A stretch of 32,000 nt of DNA. It comes from Okeania sp. (GTDB lineage Bacteria > Cyanobacteriota > Cyanobacteriia > Cyanobacteriales > Microcoleaceae). The position numbers and the translations under genes were made by a program. Shown one piece after another: positions 1 to 8,903 of the stretch. Position 1 is the first letter of the stretch. Each line of letters begins with the position of its first letter. The notes under the pieces are model-generated. The model saw only the letters and a list, made by a program, of their open reading frames with translations, searched no databases and was not told where the DNA came from. The stretch covers positions 1 through 32,000 of the forward strand of contig NZ_JAYKGW010000176.1 in the NCBI RefSeq assembly GCF_035285525.1. The letters run 5' to 3'.

Positions 1-120
1 GGAGAAAATTTTACTCAGTATTATCAGGATTTACAGTCTAAAACTCAAGGTCTTCCCAGTACGGTTTTTGTTCTAGCAGCTCCAGGTTTTTCTTATGGTG
101 AAGTTCTGAGCGATCGTTAA
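1..120 (+). CDS. 3' end of an unidentified CDS entering from upstream of the window (...FVLAAPGFSYGEVLSDR*)
   Basis: Frame 1 is open from base 1 to TAA at 118-120. Only 39 aa are visible and no family is recognisable. Confidence 0.3.
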   Translation, partial: GENFTQYYQDLQSKTQGLPSTVFVLAAPGFSYGEVLSDR

Positions 121-476
121 TTGATTAGTGAAGAATTAGGGTTTGTGCTTCTTCAGTATTTTTGTGAAAGTAGGGAAGGGAGTAGGAAATAGAGAGTTAA
201 CAGACTTCTAATCTCTGCCAGGAGGGGAGAGCTGTTTCATTCTTGATAGACAGGGGGATAGAGGCTTTGAATTTATGACTTTTCGCGATTTTAGCCAGAC
301 CAAAAGGGAGGCTGATTCGCTGAAAAATCGGTAAATTTTGGGAAATTTTACTGTTCCACGATCTGGTAATCTCTGGTTCTTCCTAAATTGTTAAATTATG
401 AGACTTTGAAACAGCCCTATTCCCAAAAGGGGAAGTCAAGATATATAGCAATATAAAATGATTTGTGCCAAAAAAC

Positions 477-533
477 TGTAGGGGTTTGGTCTCCCAACTC
501 CAGTTTCAAGGGATGTGGAAACCAAACCCCGTT
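477..533. repeat. Dispersed hairpin repeat, GGGGTTTGG(T/A)...CCAAACCCC family, copy 1
   Basis: Arms ggggtttggt (481-490) and accaaacccc (521-530) are inverted. The same arms recur at 8705-8729, 10651-10671 and 16364-16419. Confidence 0.8.
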
Positions 534-651
534 ATATAAAATCCGGTTTAATACTCGTTATATGGTTGTGGGAGATGGGGAGATGGGGAGATGGGGAGAT
601 GGAAGTGTAGATAAAATTATGAACATATAAACTTGTAACCGGATTTTATAT
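534..651. repeat. Small element bounded by perfect 15-bp inverted repeats, enclosing a (GGGGAGAT)x4 octamer tandem repeat
   Basis: atataaaatccggtt (534-548) and aaccggattttatat (637-651) are inverted repeats. Tandem GGGGAGAT units lie at about 570-602. Confidence 0.75.
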
Positions 652-765
652 TACAGGACTTCCGCTTCTTAAGTCTTTTAGCTGCGGTAGGGAACACTTA
701 ACTAAGAACAAGAAACAGTTTAGACATTCTGCTACAGCCAAATTTTATGATAATTAGAGTCAAAA

Positions 766-901
766 CTATACCATTTTGAGACAAAAATAGTCATAAATGA
801 TCAGGACTTACGCCAAGGTGCTATATATAGTGTGTCGGTGCGTTACGCTATCGCTAACACACCCTACTAATAGCTCTACCATTTTGAGACAAAAATAGTC
901 A
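766..901. repeat. 28-bp direct repeats flanking an ~80-bp CAGGACTTACGC-type mini-element
   Basis: ctataccattttgagacaaaaatagtca (766-793) matches ctctaccattttgagacaaaaatagtca (874-901) with 1 mismatch. The interior begins caggacttacgcc and carries ggtgcgttacgc...acaccctac, as in the 18102-18432 element. Confidence 0.7.
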
Positions 902-1100
902 AAAATTATATCATGTCCGTTAGCATAGTTTGTGTATAAAATCAAGGTAGAAATGGCATAAAAGCTTCAGCATAGCTGCCTTCCTTCCACCAAAGTCTAA
1001 TTATTCAACCGGAGATGATATTAGGTACTTTTTCAGGAATTAATTTGATGTTTAATCAGTAAACCTTAAGTAAACCATAAAGTAGGGATGTTGTATCCAA

Positions 1101-1213
1101 TAGACATCTCCAAAAATTAAAAATATAATCAATTATTATCCAGAAATCATCAATTACTCCCCCCCTTTTCCCTGTCTTCTGTTCCCTCCATACCTCTTTT
1201 CTAGAGATGTCTA
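1101..1213. mobile_element. MITE-like element, TAGACATCTCCAAAAA...TTTTCTAGAGATGTCTA family, copy 1
   Basis: Terminal inverted repeats are tagacatctccaaaaa (1101-1116) and ttttctagagatgtcta (1197-1213). The interior (atcaattattatc.agaaatcat...actccccc) is shared with copies at 21727-21824 and 26196-26284. Confidence 0.8.
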
Positions 1214-1220
1214 TTATTAA

Positions 1221-1619
1221 TCAATCTTCATTTAAAAATGACTTAATGTCACTAACGAACTTTTGATGATCGACTACTGGTTTAGAAATATAACCATCAG
1301 CACCACTTTGACTCAAAAAATTTTCTCGATCGCCTGACATAGCATGAGCTGTCACTAATATAATTGGTATTTTATTTGTTTGAGGGTCAGATTTCAGAAT
1401 TTGGGTAATTTTAATGCCATCAACAGCTTTGCCTTCGTAAACGCTACGAGCTAGAGAAACATCCATCAGAATTAAGTCTGCTTCCTTTGATCTAGCAATT
1501 TGCACTACTTCTTCAACATCTTCTGTATGCTTAACAGCTAAACCACCTCTTTTGGTTAAAATCTTGGAAAAAACTCTGGCATTTACTTGATCGTCTTCTA
1601 CAATTAAAATAGTTTTCAT
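1221..1619 (-). CDS. Single-domain CheY-like response regulator (receiver only)
   Basis: 132 aa with MKTILIVEDD acidic pocket, phospho-acceptor context ADLILMDVSL, VTAH and KPV motifs. No output domain. Confidence 0.85.
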   Translation of the reverse strand: MKTILIVEDDQVNARVFSKILTKRGGLAVKHTEDVEEVVQIARSKEADLILMDVSLARSVYEGKAVDGIKITQILKSDPQTNKIPIILVTAHAMSGDRENFLSQSGADGYISKPVVDHQKFVSDIKSFLNED

Positions 1620-2293
1620 GTTAATTCTCCTGCTAAATACCTGTCATATCAATTATCAGTTAACAGTACCTCTGACTGAAGCCAAAGGCTGGAAATACTG
1701 AATTGAAACTTTTTTATCCCCTTTCCAGGGGAGGTTTGAGACCTTATTTTTTGGTCAATGTAAAGAATGTTATCATAGAGTTTAGACTAAATTCTATAGG
1801 AAAAGCCAGTAATGGTTAATTTGTTTCAACTAAAATAAATTAACTACTCAAAAAAGGATTTTTCAAAAAAAAAGCAGCTATTGTCTGCCATTTTTTAATA
1901 ATTCAGTGTTAATAACTAAACTTATTTACACCTACTCAAAAGCAGAAAAGTTAGTTTTTTTCTACTTTCTTTTTTTTCCTTCAAAGGAAAAGCTTTAAAT
2001 TCCTGATGATTAATTATCAATTCAATTATCCATTGGTAGGTAATAAAGATAATAAGGCTTGTCTTCTTAACTAGACACACAACAAATTATTATGCAGTTT
2101 AAATGCAGAACTGCTTACATTGGTTGTGACAATTTTTATAATAGTTAATTTGAAATGAAAAAAACCTAAATAATTGGGTCTAAAATCCCACCTTTTAAGG
2201 TGAAACGTTTTTGGAGCGTTCCTCTAATCCCCGTTACCAAAACAACTTCTAACTTCTAACTTCGTTAAACCTCCTAATCTAAATACACTCCTC

Positions 2294-4915
2294 ATGGCCA
2301 AACAATTAAAATTACTTTCTGGACAAGTCATTTCTACACCACTCCATATCGAAATGCAGCAATCATATCTTGAATATGCCATGAGTGTGATTGTTGGCCG
2401 CGCTCTACCAGATGTTAGAGATGGACAAAAACCAGTTCACCGCAGAATATTATACGCTATGCACGAACTTGGTCTCACTCCAGATAGACCATTTCGGAAA
2501 TGTGCCAGGGTAGTTGGAGATGTTCTGGGAAAATATCATCCCCACGGTGACCAAGCTGTTTATGATGCTATGGTGCGGATGATTCAAAATTTTTCTACTC
2601 GTTATCCATTGCTTGATGGCCACGGTAATTTTGGCTCCATTGATAATGACCCCGCTGCGGCCATGCGTTACACAGAAAGTCGTTTGGCATCTATTGGCAA
2701 TGAAGGTTTATTGACCCAAATTGGTGAAGCTACTGTTGACTTTACTAATAACTTTGATGGCTCCCAACAAGAACCGAAAGTATTACCTGCACAGTTACCA
2801 TTTTTATTACTCAATGGTTCTTCCGGAATTGCCGTAGGAATGGCCACTAATATTCCCCCGCATAATTTGGGTGAGATGGTAGATGGCCTCATTGCTTTAA
2901 TTGATAATCCTAATCTTTCTAATGAAAAGTTATTTCAATTAATTCCTGGACCAGATTTTCCTACTGGGGGTGAAATTGTCGGTAGAGATGGAATTATTGA
3001 TGCTTATACTAAGGGTCGTGGTAGTATACCTATCAGGGGTATAGCTACTATTGAGAAAGTTCCTACCAGTCGCGGACGACGGACAAAAACGGCTATTGTG
3101 GTGACAGAGTTACCATTCCAAGTGAATAAAGCAGGTTGGATTGAAAAAACGGCAGATTTGGTTAATGCTGGGAAAATAGAAGGTATTGCGGATTTGCGGG
3201 ATGAGAGCGATCGCTCTGGTATTAGGGTTGTGATTGAGTTAAAACGTGAAACTGATCCGAGTGTTGTACTGCACCATCTTTACCAACAGACTGATTTACT
3301 TTCTAAGTTTGGTGCAATTATGTTAGCTTTGGTTGATGGACAACCACGACAATTATCTTTGAGGGAGCTTTTACAAGAATTTCTGAATTTTAGGGAACAG
3401 ACTCTCACTCGTCGCTACACTTATGAGTTGGAAATAGCTAGAGCGAGATGTCATATTGTGGAGGGTTTGCTGACTGCTTTGACAGAGTTGGATGGAGTGA
3501 TTGATATTTTGAGAAATGCACCTGATGGTAGCACTGCTAAAGTAAGTTTTCAGGAAAGGTTGGGTTTAAGTGAAAATCAAGCTGATGCTATTTTAGCAAT
3601 GCCAATGCGTAGACTAACTGGTTTGGAGAAACAAAAATTAGAAGAAGAATATGAAGAGTTAATCCAGAAAATACAAGAGTTAGAAAATTTATTGAGCGAT
3701 CGCCATCAACTCCTGAAAGGGCTAAAAAAAGAACTGCGCACTCTCAAACGTAAATATAATGATCCCAGACGGACTCGAATTATTGAGCACACAGAATCAA
3801 AAATTGGAGAGAATTTTGGTTCTATTTCCCAACAGAAAAGTCAACTAAAAGTTGAGAATAAAGAAATAGTTTCAGCAACCAAAGGTAGAGGTAGAAAATC
3901 AAAAAAATTGGCTGTTGAATCACAGATTATGACTTTGGAAGCTACACCGCCACCGACAGAAAAAGTTGTCATAGAATTTACTCACCGAGGATATGTGAGG
4001 CGACTTCCAGCTAAAGGATTTGAAAAGCATAAAATTGAGAAAAAATCTGATGTTACTATCGAAAATCATGAGGATTTTACTACTAAAATAATTGAGACAA
4101 CTACCGATCGAACTTTAGTATTATTAACTCGTACTGGTAAAGCATTTCCTCTGAAAGTAAATGATATTCCTGCTATTTCTAATCGTTCGACAATAAGAAA
4201 TGACAATAAAGGCGCACCTTTAGTCAGTTTATTACCTCCATCAGCAACCAAAGAAATGACAGATACTCGTAAAGAAATTATTGTCGCTCAATTTGTTTTA
4301 CATGAAGTAGAGGAAAATAAAGACTTAATTATGTTGACTCAAAATGGCAAAATTAAACGTTTATCTTTGTCTGATTTGAGTGAACTAACAAATCGTGGGG
4401 TGACAGTAATTAAACTGAAAGAAGATGATGAATTACGTTATGCTAATTTGGGTAAAATAGGAGAAAAAGTAGTTTTAGCAACTTCCTTTGGGCGATTATT
4501 AAAATTAGAAATAAATGATGAACAATTACCACTAATGGGTCGTGCTGCTCAAGGTTCTCAAGCAACTAGATTAAGGAAACAAGAAGAGTTAATTGGTTGT
4601 GTAACTTTGGATGGAGAAAGTAATTTATTATTAGTTTCTGAACAGAGTTATGGTAAACAAATTCCTGTTACTAATTTGCGAATAGCTAATCGTGGTGGTA
4701 TTGGTCAAAATGTTTTTCAGTTTACTAAAGAAAATGATACTTTGATAGGGATGGTTGTTGGTGGTGCAAATGTTCTGGTTCAGATGTTGACAACTGATAG
4801 TAGAGTTTTAGGAATGATTGCTGATAAAGTGAAAGTTTATGGACATGACGAGCGGGGCGATCGCTTGTTGAAGTTGGGTGCGAAGGAAAAAATTATTAAG
4901 GTGGTTGGATATTAG
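2294..4915 (+). CDS. Type IIA topoisomerase A subunit (DNA gyrase / topoisomerase IV subunit A family); canonical GyrA-box not detectable
   Basis: 873 aa with [41 protein letters not shown] and [11 protein letters not shown] (catalytic Tyr context), a coiled-coil region, then a beta-pinwheel-like CTD with repeated ..RG..../GRAAQG blade motifs. Confidence 0.9.
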   Translation: MAKQLKLLSGQVISTPLHIEMQQSYLEYAMSVIVGRALPDVRDGQKPVHRRILYAMHELGLTPDRPFRKCARVVGDVLGKYHPHGDQAVYDAMVRMIQNFSTRYPLLDGHGNFGSIDNDPAAAMRYTESRLASIGNEGLLTQIGEATVDFTNNFDGSQQEPKVLPAQLPFLLLNGSSGIAVGMATNIPPHNLGEMVDGLIALIDNPNLSNEKLFQLIPGPDFPTGGEIVGRDGIIDAYTKGRGSIPIRGIATIEKVPTSRGRRTKTAIVVTELPFQVNKAGWIEKTADLVNAGKIEGIADLRDESDRSGIRVVIELKRETDPSVVLHHLYQQTDLLSKFGAIMLALVDGQPRQLSLRELLQEFLNFREQTLTRRYTYELEIARARCHIVEGLLTALTELDGVIDILRNAPDGSTAKVSFQERLGLSENQADAILAMPMRRLTGLEKQKLEEEYEELIQKIQELENLLSDRHQLLKGLKKELRTLKRKYNDPRRTRIIEHTESKIGENFGSISQQKSQLKVENKEIVSATKGRGRKSKKLAVESQIMTLEATPPPTEKVVIEFTHRGYVRRLPAKGFEKHKIEKKSDVTIENHEDFTTKIIETTTDRTLVLLTRTGKAFPLKVNDIPAISNRSTIRNDNKGAPLVSLLPPSATKEMTDTRKEIIVAQFVLHEVEENKDLIMLTQNGKIKRLSLSDLSELTNRGVTVIKLKEDDELRYANLGKIGEKVVLATSFGRLLKLEINDEQLPLMGRAAQGSQATRLRKQEELIGCVTLDGESNLLLVSEQSYGKQIPVTNLRIANRGGIGQNVFQFTKENDTLIGMVVGGANVLVQMLTTDSRVLGMIADKVKVYGHDERGDRLLKLGAKEKIIKVVGY

Positions 4916-6058
4916 TAAGCTGATTTGGTGGGATAACGAACTTCCCACTTTAACCCCTGGTATCACCAAAATATAGTAATCCTGATTCATTTGAGTTCCA
5001 GGTTCACAGATAGTCGTAACACCTTTGGAAATCAAATACTTTCTTAGCATATCGACTCCGTTATTGATTCGCTCTTCACTCAAAAAGTCTCCGACGATAT
5101 TGCCCAAAATTACTTCGAGTCCTTTTTCAAAGAAATGTCCATTCTCCAAATCTGCTTGACTCTGGGCTAACTCGTTTGCATTGTCAATAAGACCCTGGTC
5201 TATCCCGTATTTATTTAATGCCGCCGTATTAAAAATGAACTCGTGGCAGGAACGATGCCAAATAACTATGGGGCGATAGTCTTCTGGGGGGGTCTTTTGT
5301 TCTTCCTCCTCCAGGATCCTGTGTTGGTACAAATCATCTAGTTCCTTGCGATAAAGGGGCTGCTCGCCACTATGGAAATACTGGTGATACCCCCAGGTGA
5401 AAAGTGTTTCGTCCCGCTGTGGATTATTCTCATCCATATTTTGAAGAGCTTGTACCAAACGATTTTGATAATCCTCTTCATTATGTGCGGCTTTAGACTC
5501 TTTCCCAGGCAATGTCCAGTCTTCGATAGAGATAATTTCTACCGCCATAGTCATGGCACCCAATAATGGATGAAGGTGATGCTCCACAAATCCAGGTAGG
5601 ATGACTTTATTTTCAAAGGTATCATCAATACTGTATTCTTTGTTAAGTTCCTTTAATGTCCTTTGTACCTGTTCTAGAGTACCCACTGCTAAGATAGTGT
5701 CCCCTTCTACTGCTACTGCTGGCAGGATGGTGTTGCCTTCGGGAGTTTTGGATGGCTTTATTTCCGGTTGAGCTGCTTCCATCGTCATAATCTTCTGGGC
5801 TGTATAGATTATTACTTCCCCAGAGTTGGGGATGGGAGAAATATCTGGGTTTGCAGTATCAGAGAGTGTCGGAGTTCGATTGTCTACTCCTGCACCTGAA
5901 GTTTTATCTACCTGAATTTTAGATGCCTGCAAATTACTTCTCATAATAGCTTCAGAGAAGTTTTTAGTCCCCTCTAAGAATTTGCGACGGAGAATTTGGA
6001 ACAGAAAGTGATTGAAAATTGGACTACAGCAACTGCAGTTTCCATAAGTGATGTACAT
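4808..6058 (-). pseudogene. Amidohydrolase-3 (YtcJ-like metal-dependent hydrolase) fragment, apparently truncated at the 3' end
   Basis: N-terminal module IIYTAQKIMTME...AVAVEGDTILAVG...VILPGFVEHHLHP (HxH metal motif) is present. The homologous part ends about 215 aa after HxH, where full-length members continue for more than 400 aa. The last 108 nt of the ORF are antisense to the gyrA-like 3' end (4808-4915). Confidence 0.5.
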
Positions 6059-6463
6059 TTTTGTTAACTAATTTGTTAATTTCAGCATTAGACACATTAA
6101 TCTTGCTAATTTCAAGATAGAGTTAAATATACCAGGTCTGTTAGAGGCGATCGCTTGTGGCTTAATATTATTTTACATATCTCTATCTTCTCTCTAGTTT
6201 GTCAAATTAAGGGTCGTCTATTATAACAAGTGTTTGATATCAAACAGATTTATTGGTAGATAACAAAAACAAAAATTTTAATAAAACTGAATTTTTATAT
6301 ACTTAATTTAAGTTTATATGGACTAATCCAAAGCAGCCAAGAAACCGGGTTTATTGCCATGATATTTTTGTTAAAGCCAAGAAATTTAGGCACAAAAACC
6401 CGGTTTATGGGTAAGTCCTATTTATGTTAACAATAGTTCTCTAACTCCCAAGCTTTCCTTTAT

Positions 6464-7324
6464 TTATTCTTTGTAAACCACAAACCCAATAATTGCATCT
6501 AAAAGTGCTTCTAGTTCATCAACCCGAATTAAATGACCACTATTTTCAAAGATTCTTAAATCTGCATTAGGAATAGCTGTAGCAATTTCTGCTGATAATT
6601 CTGGGGGACAAATCCAATCATGTTTTCCTGCTATTACTAAAGTAGGAGCAGTAATTTTATGTAGTTTGTCTAACACATTATAAGAGCGTAAAAAGCCACC
6701 AAAAGCAACATTAATAGCATCGGGAGATAATATAGTTTGGCTCTGACTTTTTCCTGGTATTTCTGATTTATAGGTCATAGAATACATAGGCATCATTATT
6801 TGAAAATATTCTTTTAGTTGTGCCTCATTTTTAAAGTTACCATCCCATAAAAATTGAGCGATCGCTTGTTGTTCTGGTGTTCCTTTTTCCGCTAAATTAA
6901 CTTTAGCTAATTCCAAAAAACGAGAACTTCCAGCAGTAGCAATGACAATTAAAGATTGAACATTTTCGGGATAACGAACTGCATAACTAAGGGCAACCAT
7001 TCCTCCGTAAGAAGTGCCAATAATTACTATTTTTTCTAGTCCTAAATATTGGCGTAATGCCTCCATATCTTCTACATTATTTTCTAGGGTATAAGTTTCT
7101 TTCGGTCCCCTTGCCGAGCGCCCTTGTCCCCGGTGGTCAAAATAAACTAATTGTAATTTTTGACTGAGACGAGAAAAGGAAGGTTTATAGGAAGTATGGT
7201 CTGCACCCGGACCACCGTGAATCACAAAAGCAATGGGTTTTTCTTCCATGACATCACTATTATAAACTAGGCCAGCACCTTCAATATCAAAATAGATTTC
7301 TGTATCTCGTATTTGCGCACGCAT
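6464..7324 (-). CDS. Alpha/beta hydrolase, proline iminopeptidase-like (S33 family)
   Basis: 286 aa with HGGPG oxyanion motif, GTSYGG nucleophile elbow, GKHDW (Asp) and SGHL (His). Confidence 0.8.
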   Translation of the reverse strand: MRAQIRDTEIYFDIEGAGLVYNSDVMEEKPIAFVIHGGPGADHTSYKPSFSRLSQKLQLVYFDHRGQGRSARGPKETYTLENNVEDMEALRQYLGLEKIVIIGTSYGGMVALSYAVRYPENVQSLIVIATAGSSRFLELAKVNLAEKGTPEQQAIAQFLWDGNFKNEAQLKEYFQIMMPMYSMTYKSEIPGKSQSQTILSPDAINVAFGGFLRSYNVLDKLHKITAPTLVIAGKHDWICPPELSAEIATAIPNADLRIFENSGHLIRVDELEALLDAIIGFVVYKE

Positions 7325-7347
7325 TTTTTTTAAGAAATTAATAAACT

Positions 7348-7453
7348 AATTTTGGTAGCACAAGCATCTTGCTTGTTACAGCCTAGAAGGCTGTGTTACA
7401 AATTTTGGTAGCACCAGTATCTTGGTTGTTACAGCCTAGAAGGCTGTGTTACA
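7348..7453. repeat. Tandem 2 x 53-bp repeat, each unit carrying two hairpins
   Basis: Unit 1 (7348-7400) and unit 2 (7401-7453) read aattttggtagcac(a/c)ag(c/t)atcttg(c/g)ttgttacagcctagaaggctgtgttaca. A partial third unit follows. A solo copy acagcctagaaggctgtgttacaaa lies at about 23696-23722. Confidence 0.85.
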
Positions 7454-7498
7454 AATTTGTTAAAAGTTTCTTCCTTCTTCCTTCCTCCTTCTTCCCTC

Positions 7499-8524
7499 TT
7501 ACTTCTTCCTTCTTACTTCTACTAAAGCAAATGGAATGAGACATAGAAACCACATAAAATATTGCAAAAACAATACAGAATTAAAATACAAAAATGTCAT
7601 CATAATCATGGTAGAAGATAAAAAGATGTTTACCTTTTCTTTGAGGAAACTTAAGTAAATCATACCCATCAAAAATAACATGAGTAACTTGGCTCTAAAA
7701 CCTATAATCCAGGTAAATTCTTGAGAAAAAATAACATCAACAGAAGGTGCATTTTCTATGTGGGAAGTTCCTAATCTTGTTGCTGAAAAAAAGATAGATT
7801 TAAAGAAACCCTCAGCATTCCAAATTATAAAGGATAATGATGTAAAAAAAGGAATGCTTAATATAATACAAATTCCCAAAATTACCTCTTTAATAGGTCT
7901 TTTTTTAGTTCCATTTTTCCACAGGTATATGAGATATAAAGGCAGCAAAAATATTCCTATTTGCTTAATTCCTAAAGAAATACTAAACATCAGTAAAGAA
8001 AGTTTTTTATTGTCTTTCAAAATAACTAAAGAAAACAACAAAAAAAAGATAGCTACAAATTCCAAATGATGAACACGGATTATATAGATACTCCAGCGAC
8101 TTAATAGGATAATTATAGAAACTACAAAGCCCAATATCCATAAACCTTGCTTCTGAAATTGTCTCAGAGTTAAAGCAATTATACCAGTATGAAAGGCAAA
8201 AGAAATAGGTCGCCACAAATACAACCAATCACTAAATTCTCGAAAACCTAACTTTTGAACTAATGCAGAAAAAAGGTAAGCCAGGGGAAAATAAGTCGCA
8301 TATTTATCATTGACTCTCATATCACTCATTAAAACTCTGCCATAGGGATTTTCTCCAGTAATAATTCTTTTGCCTTCCAACCAAATATAGTAGATATCTT
8401 CGTTTTCTAAATAATTAGAAGGTGTGAGCCAAAAATGAATATGTATAAACAAACTTAGAGAAACTAAAACGATCAAGAGAAACCAATATTTTTTATCCCA
8501 TCCACATTTATATAAATTTGACAT
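7499..8524 (-). CDS. Polytopic integral membrane protein, possibly a GT-C-fold / DUF2029-like glycosyltransferase
   Basis: 341 aa with about 9-10 hydrophobic helices, an acidic first loop (ENEDIYYIW) and a YATYFPLAYL motif. The family assignment is by eye only. Confidence 0.55.
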   Translation of the reverse strand: MSNLYKCGWDKKYWFLLIVLVSLSLFIHIHFWLTPSNYLENEDIYYIWLEGKRIITGENPYGRVLMSDMRVNDKYATYFPLAYLFSALVQKLGFREFSDWLYLWRPISFAFHTGIIALTLRQFQKQGLWILGFVVSIIILLSRWSIYIIRVHHLEFVAIFFLLFSLVILKDNKKLSLLMFSISLGIKQIGIFLLPLYLIYLWKNGTKKRPIKEVILGICIILSIPFFTSLSFIIWNAEGFFKSIFFSATRLGTSHIENAPSVDVIFSQEFTWIIGFRAKLLMLFLMGMIYLSFLKEKVNIFLSSTMIMMTFLYFNSVLFLQYFMWFLCLIPFALVEVRRKK

Positions 8525-8704
8525 AATAGCTAAAAAATACCTAATATTATATAGAACTTTATTATTCCTAAATCGGTTTTGCTAAACACAATTTTATGTT
8601 GAACTTAATTTCCTGATAATAATCTAAAAAAATAATTAAATTAATACTTACAGCACTTTTGAGGATGGTATTCTAAGGGTTTAATCTGCAAATGCAAGCG
8701 AAAA

Positions 8705-8729
8705 GGGATTTGGAAACCAAACCCCTACA
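8705..8729. repeat. Half copy of the GGGGTTTGG/CCAAACCCC hairpin repeat
   Basis: gggatttggaaaccaaacccctaca matches the right arm of the 477-533 copy. Confidence 0.6.
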
Positions 8730-8903
8730 ATAAAATCTGACAACCTAGTCTAGGATTGTTATAGTTTTTATTATTCCAGGACTAAAGCCATGTGAACCCA
8801 GAAACCCGGTACGAGGGTAGATTATTACTGCTCAAAACAACGATTTATCCTAGAAACCGGATTCCTCCCGTGTAAATCCTATATTCATTATTCATTATTT
8901 TCT

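Noticed and set aside
7348-7453. Possible CRISPR array, here and at the other tandem repeats (570-602, 15463-15602, 19078-19100)
   Set aside because: The repeat units are contiguous, or separated by non-unique sequence of irregular length. There are no 25-40-bp repeats alternating with unique spacers and no cas genes in the window.
8780-8903. NtcA-type GTA-N8-TAC sites upstream of ureC (also looked upstream of ppsA at 18850-19140)
   Set aside because: The near matches seen by eye (for example gtagattattac) have the wrong spacing, and no canonical site was found.
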